DNA of 64,000 nt, taken from positions 1-64,000 of IMG/VR virus record IMGVR_UViG_3300008259_000147; one strand, 5' to 3'. The notes beneath the pieces are model-generated. The model worked only from the letters and a program-made list of their open reading frames with translations, ran no database searches and was not told where the DNA came from. This DNA is from a virus. This document shows, piece by piece, positions 29,274 to 38,300 of this stretch (positions are counted from its first letter, which is position 1; the number at the start of each line of letters is the position of its first letter). The position numbers and the translations under genes are program-made.

Positions 29274-32177
29274 TTAGCTTAACTTTACATAGTTATTTGA
29301 ATTATTTACCACATTCTGAGCATGTGTTCGCTGATTTTTTTCCATGTCGCTGATAATATAATTTTTAACTGTATTTAAAGTTTGCTCTATTAGGCTATTA
29401 ATTTCTTGGCTTTTTCCAGATTGATTATTTAAATACTCGCCATATGTTATATCTGCAGGATATTCTTTCCATCTACCTCGTGCTTTTACTCCTACATATA
29501 GTTCACTCTTTACTTTATCAAAAGTAATATAACCATCTTCAATTCCATGAGTAAACATGTAACTTGGTAAATCTACTTTACTACTTCCTTTAGCTAAACC
29601 ATCAATAATCCAACTAACAGGTTCACCTGCTTGTCTAAAGTAGTTAGCTACATTTGATAAATCACCATACACAGGATAGTTATATGTTTTACCTAAGAAA
29701 GATGTTTCTCCAGTAGCTCCCCAAATATTATTAGCATCAGATGCACTAACATAAAAAACAGCACTTGGTTCATCAGCACCACCTAGCAATGGAGTACCAT
29801 CTTTCTTTGTCTGTAAAGGAACTTCTATTCTAAAATCACCAGTTGGTAATTTTGCAATATTAAAACTTGGTACAAAGTAATTAGCTAATTGAGCACCTAA
29901 ATTTCCATACTTAGTTTGCCATTTACGATAATCTTCTATATCTTCTTTACTTCCTTTGTTTGAACCAATGCCATCTATCTTATAAGCTTTTTGAATTAAT
30001 TCTCCAATTGCATTATAATTAAAACTTTTAGGGTCGTTTACTATGTTTGCAGTACTTGACCTCTCACCAGCTCTATTTTTAAGAGCAGCATAGTTTGGTA
30101 TAATTCTTTCTAAAAATGCATCTCTTTTTTCTTCAGTAAATGCATAACCACCCACAAGAGGTAATCTTGAATACCAAGAATTACTAGCATCTGTTCTAGG
30201 AATTGTTCTACCAGTAGGTTTACCATCTTTATCTTTTTCTTCTACCCAATATTCGGTTGTCTTATAAGATTCAGGTAAGTTTTTAATCATTTCTTCTTCT
30301 TTCTTCTTTAAAGAAACATAATCACTAAATGCAAGAGCACCTTGTCGAACTTTATCATTTGCTTCTTTATACTTAAGGAAGTCACCTGAATAACTTCTAA
30401 CTCCTGCAAGAATAGTATTAGGAATATCTGAAGTTGAATTTATCGCATTAATATTGCCATTAATTAACTTTAAAAAACCTAAAGCAGTGTTATAATCTTT
30501 TTTGTATTGATCATTTGCACCTTGAAATGTCTTACTACCAGGTTTACCATATGTAGCATAGTTTTGCATTACATTCATTAATGCAGATTGAGCAGCTGTG
30601 TGCAGATACTTATCAGAATCATGAGTAGCTGCTTGTAAAACAGTTTCATTTAAATAACCATCTAATGCTGTTGTCTGAAGATCTGATAATTGATTTTGAT
30701 ACATTTGATTAAGATCTATATCTTGCTCAGCACTTCTTGGTGCACCAGGTGTTATTTTTCCAGTACCAAAGTTACCACCACCCCCACCAGATCCACTTCC
30801 TCCACCAGCCCCAGCTAATGCTTTTTCAAAATCAAGTCTAGCTTGAAAAGTAGCTTTGTCTTTATCATTATTTAATTTATAATCTTCTTGTTTTTTAAAT
30901 ATTTCCCAATCTAATTTTTTCTCTTCAATACCATATAAGTAATCTGCATTTTTTCTTTTTAAATCTAAATCAAAATTATAACCTGCCATGAATTTTTGCC
31001 AAGCATGATTTTCATCTTGAAGTACTTTTTGATTTACTTGTATTGAGCGTTCTGCATTACTCATTGCATATGTCTGAGCCCATCCTTTAGCTAAACTATC
31101 TTTCATTGATGGCAGTAAAGAATACTCAGGATTATTCATAAACTGTTGAAATACATTCTGAATCTGTTGGTCTTTATCTGTTTGATTTGAAGCTAAATCA
31201 GCTAACTCTGTTTCGTATTTAGTTTTTAACTCAGATAATTGATTATACATTTGCTCATCTTGACTTCCTTTTGGAACATAGTTCTTATACTTATTTTTAA
31301 TCTTTTTAAGTTCTATGTCTATGTTAGCTATTCCATCATTTAATCCTTTCTTATAATCTTCATGATTTGCATAGATACCTAATGAATTATCTTTAGCAAC
31401 TTGCTGATAAGCTTGCTCTTTAGTCATGTTAGGATCAGATTGCATTAATGCATCTATCTGCTGTCTAACTTTAACTTTACCTGAGACTAAGAATTGTTGA
31501 TCATATGTATCACCCATTTGCTGTCTAGCCCAATCTGTAAAGTTTGGAATAGCTTGTCTGCCATTTACATCAGTAACAATATAAGCACCTGTTAATCTAT
31601 CTTCTTTTATCTGTAGTTTTTGCTTAGCAGCTGCTTCATTCAATACATTTTGAATATTAGCAAAAGGTACAAATTTCTGAGGAGATACTTTAAAGATACT
31701 ACCATTACCTCTTTTAGCATTTTTCATATCCTGCTCAGCATAACCCATAGCAGCTTCCATTACAGGGCTATATTGAGAAAATACTTTTTCATCAGTAGAT
31801 GATCTAACTTGTTCTAATTTAGATCTTTCTGAAGCTTGCATTGATGAAAAATTTAAATCAGTTACAAATTCTCTATCCTTCACCAATGGCTCCATTAAAG
31901 CACTTGCCACAGAAACATTTCCTGGATTAGAAAAATCTACTCCACTAAGATTATTTAAATACTCGTCTATTTTTTTAAAGTACTCAGATCTAAATTTCTT
32001 ATTATCATCTGAAGTAATGTTAGCATTAAGTAATGAAGTAATTGTTGATTTATATTTATTGAATCCTTCTAGATATCTTCCTTGTACAGATGCTGCTGCT
32101 TTAGTAAGCATACTAAAGTCAGGAGCTTCCACACTTACATTTGCTATTACTGAAGATGGATTAAATGCTGTTGCCAT
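29274..32177 (-). CDS. Putative virion cargo protein (967 aa)
   Basis: Helical/coiled-coil N-half and poly-Gly linker (~30770-30815); position upstream of the giant trio. Confidence 0.55.
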   Translation of the reverse strand: MATAFNPSSVIANVSVEAPDFSMLTKAAASVQGRYLEGFNKYKSTITSLLNANITSDDNKKFRSEYFKKIDEYLNNLSGVDFSNPGNVSVASALMEPLVKDREFVTDLNFSSMQASERSKLEQVRSSTDEKVFSQYSPVMEAAMGYAEQDMKNAKRGNGSIFKVSPQKFVPFANIQNVLNEAAAKQKLQIKEDRLTGAYIVTDVNGRQAIPNFTDWARQQMGDTYDQQFLVSGKVKVRQQIDALMQSDPNMTKEQAYQQVAKDNSLGIYANHEDYKKGLNDGIANIDIELKKIKNKYKNYVPKGSQDEQMYNQLSELKTKYETELADLASNQTDKDQQIQNVFQQFMNNPEYSLLPSMKDSLAKGWAQTYAMSNAERSIQVNQKVLQDENHAWQKFMAGYNFDLDLKRKNADYLYGIEEKKLDWEIFKKQEDYKLNNDKDKATFQARLDFEKALAGAGGGSGSGGGGGNFGTGKITPGAPRSAEQDIDLNQMYQNQLSDLQTTALDGYLNETVLQAATHDSDKYLHTAAQSALMNVMQNYATYGKPGSKTFQGANDQYKKDYNTALGFLKLINGNINAINSTSDIPNTILAGVRSYSGDFLKYKEANDKVRQGALAFSDYVSLKKKEEEMIKNLPESYKTTEYWVEEKDKDGKPTGRTIPRTDASNSWYSRLPLVGGYAFTEEKRDAFLERIIPNYAALKNRAGERSSTANIVNDPKSFNYNAIGELIQKAYKIDGIGSNKGSKEDIEDYRKWQTKYGNLGAQLANYFVPSFNIAKLPTGDFRIEVPLQTKKDGTPLLGGADEPSAVFYVSASDANNIWGATGETSFLGKTYNYPVYGDLSNVANYFRQAGEPVSWIIDGLAKGSSKVDLPSYMFTHGIEDGYITFDKVKSELYVGVKARGRWKEYPADITYGEYLNNQSGKSQEINSLIEQTLNTVKNYIISDMEKNQRTHAQNVVNNSNNYVKLS

Positions 32178-32192
32178 ATTATAATTTTAAAT

Positions 32193-35100
32193 TTATTGTC
32201 CAAATGGGCTTAGTATTGCACCACCAGTACCTGTTCCTCTATTGCGTTGGTAAATTGAATTAAGATAATTTCTTGCAGCAGTATTTGCAGCATCAATTGC
32301 TTCTTTTTTATCTAGGCCATACCCATTAGGGTCTGAATACATTTTGTAATAATAATCAAATGCATCATTATAATCAACACCTGATCCACCACCTGTTAAA
32401 GGAGTATCATAAATACTTTTCAATGTAGGGTTTACAGCAACACTATATGGTGTTTGGAACTGATAAGGATACTGTGCATTTATCAACATCTGATTTAATA
32501 CATTATTATAGCCTTTACCAAAAGCACTTGCAAATCCTGCATCTTTAGCATTTTGATTCATTGCGTTTTCTTTAGCAATTGCATTAATGCTATTCATATA
32601 ATCACTCTTTTCTTTCTCACCCAGCATTGTAAATTGATTAATGTTTTGAACATTAGCCGCTTGAGTCTTTAAGAATTGATCTGTATTTAATGCTTCTGTT
32701 TGTTGTTGAATATCTGAAGCAGCTTTTAATCCTTTTCCAGTAACACCTAATGCAGAACCTCTTGCTTCAGGACCTGTACCCATTCCTTCAACTGTTTGAG
32801 TAACAGCACCTATTGGTTCATAGTTTTCATTTCTATAAACAGGAGACATTAAAGAAGGATTTGGTAATCCATAGTATGCATGATAATCAGGTATTTTCAT
32901 ACCTGCTGCAGCAATCATAGCAGCTTGATCTGAAGGAAACCATTGACCTAATCCATAACCTGTAGGTGATTGAAATCCTGGTTTCCGTGTAGTTATAACT
33001 TCTTCTTCTGGTGTTTCTTCTGGATCCTTCTCAGTTTTAGTTTCAACTTTTTTAACTTTCTTTTTAATACCTGGTGCAGACCATGTATAAATACCAAACT
33101 TTTTATCTTTTTGATATGGGCCTTTTTTATTGACAAAATACTCAGATAAACCATTGGCCTTTCTCCACTCATTGTATTTATTTTGAAACCATTCTACAGC
33201 TTTCTCTCTTGTTGCGTTATCTCTAGATGTAGCATCTGCTCTCCATGAATCAACACCACTACCATAATCTTTAAGAATAGTATCATGACGAGTAATAAAG
33301 TTGTCTACATCCAATGCTTCTTGTGCATTAGTTTCAGAATTAGTTACTGTATAGTACCCTAAATCTGGATCATAATGTTGTGTATCAAATGCTCCAAACT
33401 TTTTATTAGGCATTATTACTTCAAAATCATCTGTATTTTGAAGAGCTGTTTCTGGAATAAGTTGAGTAAATTCTCCAGTATCTGCAAACTTTTGTAATTC
33501 ACCACCTGTTTTCTTAGGCCATAAATAACTACCTGTTGTATCCTTAGGATGATAATTACCACGTCTTATTTTTATTACTTTCTTTTTCTTTTCTGCTGCA
33601 GCTTTGGCTGCTGCTTCTGCTCTAGCTTTAGCTTCTGCCTCTGCTTGTGCTTTAGCAGCTGCTGCTTGTGCTTGTGCTTGTGCTATACTATCTGCAGCTG
33701 AATAATTAGTTAGTACTTTATTAGAATCTACTGCTACCTTGTTAGAATCTACCATAGGGGTAGTTCTAAACATGCTATCTGCAATATGATATGCTACAGG
33801 ATCCCTCATCATCTTTTTAATATCATCATTAGATGCTGTAGGATAAAGTTGTTTAAATATATTAAACATTGCTAAACTATCTGCCTGAGCTTTTGCAAGT
33901 TTACCAGTATCAGTAACAGAAGGAACTGTAGGAGTTCCTATAGGATTTGCAGGTATGCTTTTACCAGGATTACCAGGTTGAGGTCCACTAAGTAAATCAG
34001 TAGTTGCATCTACAATTCCTAATCCACCAGCTAAACCTACCCATGGTAAAACTTTTTTTAACAAAGGAGATCCTGCATAGATATCTTTTGCTTGTTGCCA
34101 TCTTGTATATGCTTCTGCAGATGCATTTGCTTGCTCTGCTGTAGCACCAGCTGACTCTGCTGCTGCATAAGCAGCTTCATATGCTGCTGCTGCTTCTTCA
34201 GATTCTTGAAGCCCTTGCTCTGATGGTCTAGTCCATCTTCTGCCTTTTTTTACAGCATTGGCTGCAACTTTTTCTGCTTCTGCAGCTGCTTCTGCAGCCT
34301 TTGCTGCAGTCTCTGCAGTTTTAGCTGCTTTAGTACCTCTAATTGTATTTAGAGTCCATTTACCAGCATTCCACACTAGTTTACCAGCTTGTGTTATTCC
34401 CCATAAGCCTCCAGTAAGACCTAATACATCTAACATGCCAGCATCACCTGTAGGCCTTATTTTTGGCACAGCCCCAGATTGCCATGTATCAAGTCTTTGT
34501 CCATCAGGAGTTTGCCAATATTCAAATCCAGGTCTTTGTTCATAAGATTGACGAAAATAATAATCAAGTGGTAACTTACCTTCTACCACCACCTCATCCA
34601 TCAATGGACTTATGTTGCCTGTAGATTGATCTACAAAATAATTTTGACCTGGTCTTCTAATGCCTACTGGAATACTTTGATCACCTGGATCATAAAATAC
34701 TCCTGGATCAGATGGATTAGCTTCTAACTTATAACCTAATCTTCTTTCAAGATCATCTAAAGTTTCATATTGGTATTTATGATCACTACCAGACCTTGTC
34801 ATCCACTTTGTTTCTTCACCATCTTGTGCTCTACGTAGTGTTCCACCTCTTTTCATTTTTTGTGGACCTTGTGGGTGTTTAAAATCTGATCCTAACAAAG
34901 GCATAGCAATAGCAGGAATTCCATCAGGAAATCCTTTCATACCTTCTTGCACAAGTGCCAACTGACCCAACTTTTTCATGTTGTTGTCAATCATCAACTG
35001 AGCAGTCTTCTTTGTCATTGCATCCGCATTAGGATCATTTAACAATGCTTTATATTTATTGAGATCATATCTCTGAGCTACCTTAGCAGGAGTCACTGCT

Positions 35101-35459
35101 TTACTACTAGACATATTAAAGATACCCTTCAATAAATCTTTATTTTTTATTAAAAGACCTCTATAGTCAGAGAATACAAAGCTACCATCTGGAACATTTA
35201 ATGGTGTACCACCTTGAGAGTGTCTCTTGCCACCAATCTTAGCATGTTCAACCATGCCATCATTGTCAAGATCTCCCACCACAGTTTCTCCTCTCTCAGC
35301 CTCAATAGTAGCCTCATCTCTTGGTACAGCAGAAAGTGTAGTAGTTACATTATTACTTGCTGTTTTATTTTCGTAGTTCCAAATACTACCTGTTACAAGG
35401 CCATAGTTGCGCTGGTCTCCCATACTACCACCTCTGACTCTATTAATTTTTACTTTCAT
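32193..35459 (-). CDS. Putative virion cargo protein (1088 aa) with GG-linkers
   Basis: N-domain 'IEAERGETVV...GKRHSQGG...FVFSD' resembles crAss-like cargo proteins; GG-linkers at 34818-34856 and 33474-33515; Ala-rich and hydrophobic central module. Confidence 0.6.
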   Translation of the reverse strand: MKVKINRVRGGSMGDQRNYGLVTGSIWNYENKTASNNVTTTLSAVPRDEATIEAERGETVVGDLDNDGMVEHAKIGGKRHSQGGTPLNVPDGSFVFSDYRGLLIKNKDLLKGIFNMSSSKAVTPAKVAQRYDLNKYKALLNDPNADAMTKKTAQLMIDNNMKKLGQLALVQEGMKGFPDGIPAIAMPLLGSDFKHPQGPQKMKRGGTLRRAQDGEETKWMTRSGSDHKYQYETLDDLERRLGYKLEANPSDPGVFYDPGDQSIPVGIRRPGQNYFVDQSTGNISPLMDEVVVEGKLPLDYYFRQSYEQRPGFEYWQTPDGQRLDTWQSGAVPKIRPTGDAGMLDVLGLTGGLWGITQAGKLVWNAGKWTLNTIRGTKAAKTAETAAKAAEAAAEAEKVAANAVKKGRRWTRPSEQGLQESEEAAAAYEAAYAAAESAGATAEQANASAEAYTRWQQAKDIYAGSPLLKKVLPWVGLAGGLGIVDATTDLLSGPQPGNPGKSIPANPIGTPTVPSVTDTGKLAKAQADSLAMFNIFKQLYPTASNDDIKKMMRDPVAYHIADSMFRTTPMVDSNKVAVDSNKVLTNYSAADSIAQAQAQAAAAKAQAEAEAKARAEAAAKAAAEKKKKVIKIRRGNYHPKDTTGSYLWPKKTGGELQKFADTGEFTQLIPETALQNTDDFEVIMPNKKFGAFDTQHYDPDLGYYTVTNSETNAQEALDVDNFITRHDTILKDYGSGVDSWRADATSRDNATREKAVEWFQNKYNEWRKANGLSEYFVNKKGPYQKDKKFGIYTWSAPGIKKKVKKVETKTEKDPEETPEEEVITTRKPGFQSPTGYGLGQWFPSDQAAMIAAAGMKIPDYHAYYGLPNPSLMSPVYRNENYEPIGAVTQTVEGMGTGPEARGSALGVTGKGLKAASDIQQQTEALNTDQFLKTQAANVQNINQFTMLGEKEKSDYMNSINAIAKENAMNQNAKDAGFASAFGKGYNNVLNQMLINAQYPYQFQTPYSVAVNPTLKSIYDTPLTGGGSGVDYNDAFDYYYKMYSDPNGYGLDKKEAIDAANTAARNYLNSIYQRNRGTGTGGAILSPFGQ

Positions 35460-35477
35460 AAACTTTTAAAATTTATT

Positions 35478-35508
35478 TTTGTAAATGCTGCTTATTTAAA
35501 TTTACAAA
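35478..35508 (-). promoter_or_regulatory. 9-bp inverted repeat (TTTGTAAAT-N13-ATTTACAAA) overlapping a promoter-like TTTGTAAATT
   Basis: Arms at 35478-35486 and 35500-35508 in one of the few intergenic gaps; TTTGTAAATT also occurs upstream of 53773. Confidence 0.4.
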
Positions 35509-35523
35509 TATTTTGTGAAATTA

Positions 35524-38292
35524 TCAAATAAATTCTACACTTCCTCCAGCTGCATATATTTGCTGAATGAATGCATCTTGTTCTTCAGGACTAAGAGTTG
35601 ATAAATCTACTTCAGAACCATCTTCATAATCATCTAATATGCTACCACCCATTTTAGCTTCACCGATTTGAGTTAAATATGCTGATGGAAAATTGTTATA
35701 TCCAAAGTTTTGATTACCAGGAGTATATGCATTCATTCCCATGTAGTTAGTAGTACCAACAGGACTTGGTGTACCATTTCTTGTAGGAGCTTTATTAGCA
35801 GCTCCTTTGTATGCCATTCCTGTACTCACAGTATTAAAGTTATCTTGAGCATTTTTATAGAGAGCTTTTCTATCATTTTCTTTAATTCCTGACATTACTC
35901 CAGATTGAAAGGCCATAGTATTCATATAGTTATTCATTCCACTTAATGGTGTACGATATGAGAATGTCCAATGAGCATCTCCACCAGGAGCATACTTTTC
36001 AATTCCTCCTCCAAACTCATATCCATTCCAACCTTTGCCGCGACCTCTTGCCCAATGCTTATAAGCCCTATCATCATTTCTATATAAGCCAGTATTAAAA
36101 TCATCATCTGCATTATACATTTCATTTAATGCATCTTGTCTTTTTTGCATTCTTGAAGCTTCCCAACCTCTTCCATTAGGATTTCCCCATGGTTTATACG
36201 GGTTATAATCAGTATCATTTATTCCTTTTCCATAGTTTCTAAAAGCTCTTTCTAAATTATGATATCGTGTTTCATCAAAATTAGGATCATTCATCATATC
36301 TGCATATTTAGGGTTATAAATATTTTGATCATAATCCCAACCTTTTCCTCTGTAATTTTCATTTTTAATACCTCTCTCATATTGTCGTAATGCTTTATTC
36401 TGATTACGATATGCATTTATATTAAAATTAGTATCTGCTAACATAGCATTCATTCTATCTTGCAAATTACTATTTTTATTATTTGAATTTGAGTTTTGAT
36501 CATTGTTTTCAGAAGTTTGATCACTGTCATTATTTCCAGAACCTTGATTATTATTTGAACCAGGTCCACTATTTGTATTAGGTCCACTATTTGTACCAGC
36601 TCCTTGACCAGAAGCACCAAAGTAATAAGGAACTGCTGCTAATGCTCCTGCATTTTTAGCTCTAAATCTTTGTTTCTTACCATCAGCATTGTAGTAAGTA
36701 CCTCTAAATTTAGGCTTGCCCATCAGTCCCATCATTCCCATTGGATTTGCACCCATGCCAAAAGCACCTAGTGCTTGTCCTAATAATCCAAGACCTGCTC
36801 CTGCTTGACTACCTAAAAGTTGAGTAATTGCATTACCTCCAACATATGATGCATATGGATTAGAAAAATTAGAACCACCTGGATTAGAACCACCACCTGA
36901 ATTACCAGAACCTTGATTATTACCACCTTGGTTATTACCAGGATTAGTTGACCCTGCTCTATTTGAACCAGCTACACCAGGGTTGTTGCTATAATACATG
37001 TCATAATAACCAGATTCATTTGCTGGTAAATTATATGCTGTACCATCATCCCCTTCATAATACCACTCATTAAATTTATTATCAAATTTTATTTTTCTAT
37101 TTTGACCACTTAAATCTTGATATACATAATTTGGATCATTATAGTTAATTCCATCTGCAGCTTTAGGTAAAGATCCACCATTCACATATTTTGCAAAATC
37201 ATTTACACTACCAAATTTACCTTTCTTCTTTTTCTTAGGATTGTGATCCATACCACCTTCTTTTAAAATTTGATATAACTCATCAATATTAGATTGACCA
37301 CCCATCTCAAACATAAAGTTAGGTGTAGTTTCACCTGCTCTATCATATGGTAAATATGTTTGAGCTTGAGGAAATGCTTCTCCACCTGCTTTCATTGCAC
37401 CCAATGCACCTTGCATTTGCACTTGCAAATTTGCAGGTAATTGATTTATAGGAATTTGCCCATTCATAGCTTGTTGCATAAGCATACCTTCTTTATCAGA
37501 TTTACCATACAAATCTGAATACATTGGATTATTTATTGGATTACCCATTCCCATCATAGAATCACCCATGTTTCCAAAACCACCAAGGAAATTGCCTAAA
37601 TTACCTAGACCAGCTTTAGGCAAAGATTGCCCACCTGCTTCATATAAGTCATCCATCATATAAGCAGTACCACCATTAGCTTTATAATACCAATTAAGAT
37701 TTTGAGCTTGTGGTGATGGATTATAATTGTCAAAACAATCAATGCAAGGTTGGCCACCCATCTCGGCCATCCCCATTTGCTCTTGATCTTGTTGCATCAT
37801 ATCTTGTTCATCTTCTTGAGATACTTGTTCTTCTTGAGATGCTTGTAATTCTTTAGCAACAGCTGTCACTAATCCTTGGGCCTGTTCAACTGACATTCCC
37901 ATTTTTACAAGTTCTTGCATAATTTGTTTGGGATCAGCACCTTGCTGAAGCCCTTGAGCAACCATACTGATTATTTTTTGTTGTTGATCAGAAGATGCTC
38001 CACCTTCTTGAGCGTATTGCATTGTATTCATTTTATCTGAGTTTGAATAATTAAATGTACCTAATGAGTTAGCAGGTATTTCAACTGCCATGTTTCCTGG
38101 AACCACTACATTCTCTTGACCAGGTTGAGCAAATATAACATCTCCTGTTGGACTTAGTATGTAAGTGTGATCTATTTGATTCTTAAAAGTAAGAGGAGTA
38201 TATCCATCTCTGCCTTTAATGATTGCACCATTTGTAGGATCTACATCTAGTCCTTGCTGGTCTGTTCTAAAGTGTATTGGTTTTCTATCCAT
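35524..38292 (-). CDS. Low-complexity Q/N/G/M-rich putative cargo protein (922 aa) with about 11 xxxGG motifs
   Basis: Composition and repeated YEAGG, MKAGG, FEMGG, YVNGG, YEFGG and similar motifs. Confidence 0.6.
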   Translation of the reverse strand: MDRKPIHFRTDQQGLDVDPTNGAIIKGRDGYTPLTFKNQIDHTYILSPTGDVIFAQPGQENVVVPGNMAVEIPANSLGTFNYSNSDKMNTMQYAQEGGASSDQQQKIISMVAQGLQQGADPKQIMQELVKMGMSVEQAQGLVTAVAKELQASQEEQVSQEDEQDMMQQDQEQMGMAEMGGQPCIDCFDNYNPSPQAQNLNWYYKANGGTAYMMDDLYEAGGQSLPKAGLGNLGNFLGGFGNMGDSMMGMGNPINNPMYSDLYGKSDKEGMLMQQAMNGQIPINQLPANLQVQMQGALGAMKAGGEAFPQAQTYLPYDRAGETTPNFMFEMGGQSNIDELYQILKEGGMDHNPKKKKKGKFGSVNDFAKYVNGGSLPKAADGINYNDPNYVYQDLSGQNRKIKFDNKFNEWYYEGDDGTAYNLPANESGYYDMYYSNNPGVAGSNRAGSTNPGNNQGGNNQGSGNSGGGSNPGGSNFSNPYASYVGGNAITQLLGSQAGAGLGLLGQALGAFGMGANPMGMMGLMGKPKFRGTYYNADGKKQRFRAKNAGALAAVPYYFGASGQGAGTNSGPNTNSGPGSNNNQGSGNNDSDQTSENNDQNSNSNNKNSNLQDRMNAMLADTNFNINAYRNQNKALRQYERGIKNENYRGKGWDYDQNIYNPKYADMMNDPNFDETRYHNLERAFRNYGKGINDTDYNPYKPWGNPNGRGWEASRMQKRQDALNEMYNADDDFNTGLYRNDDRAYKHWARGRGKGWNGYEFGGGIEKYAPGGDAHWTFSYRTPLSGMNNYMNTMAFQSGVMSGIKENDRKALYKNAQDNFNTVSTGMAYKGAANKAPTRNGTPSPVGTTNYMGMNAYTPGNQNFGYNNFPSAYLTQIGEAKMGGSILDDYEDGSEVDLSTLSPEEQDAFIQQIYAAGGSVEFI
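36044..36445 (-). repeat. Three ~25-aa protein repeats (M..D.NF....Y.N..[KR]A...[YW]..G)
   Basis: MLADTNFNINAYRNQNKALRQYERG / MMNDPNFDETRYHNLERAFRNYGKG / MYNADDDFNTGLYRNDDRAYKHWARG. Confidence 0.7.
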
Positions 38293-38300
38293 TTTATTTA

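Noticed and set aside
36561-36597. 18-bp tandem repeat (and similar short repeats near 33715-33752)
   Set aside because: Simple coding duplications in low-complexity linkers (TNSGP, VDSNKV); not an array.
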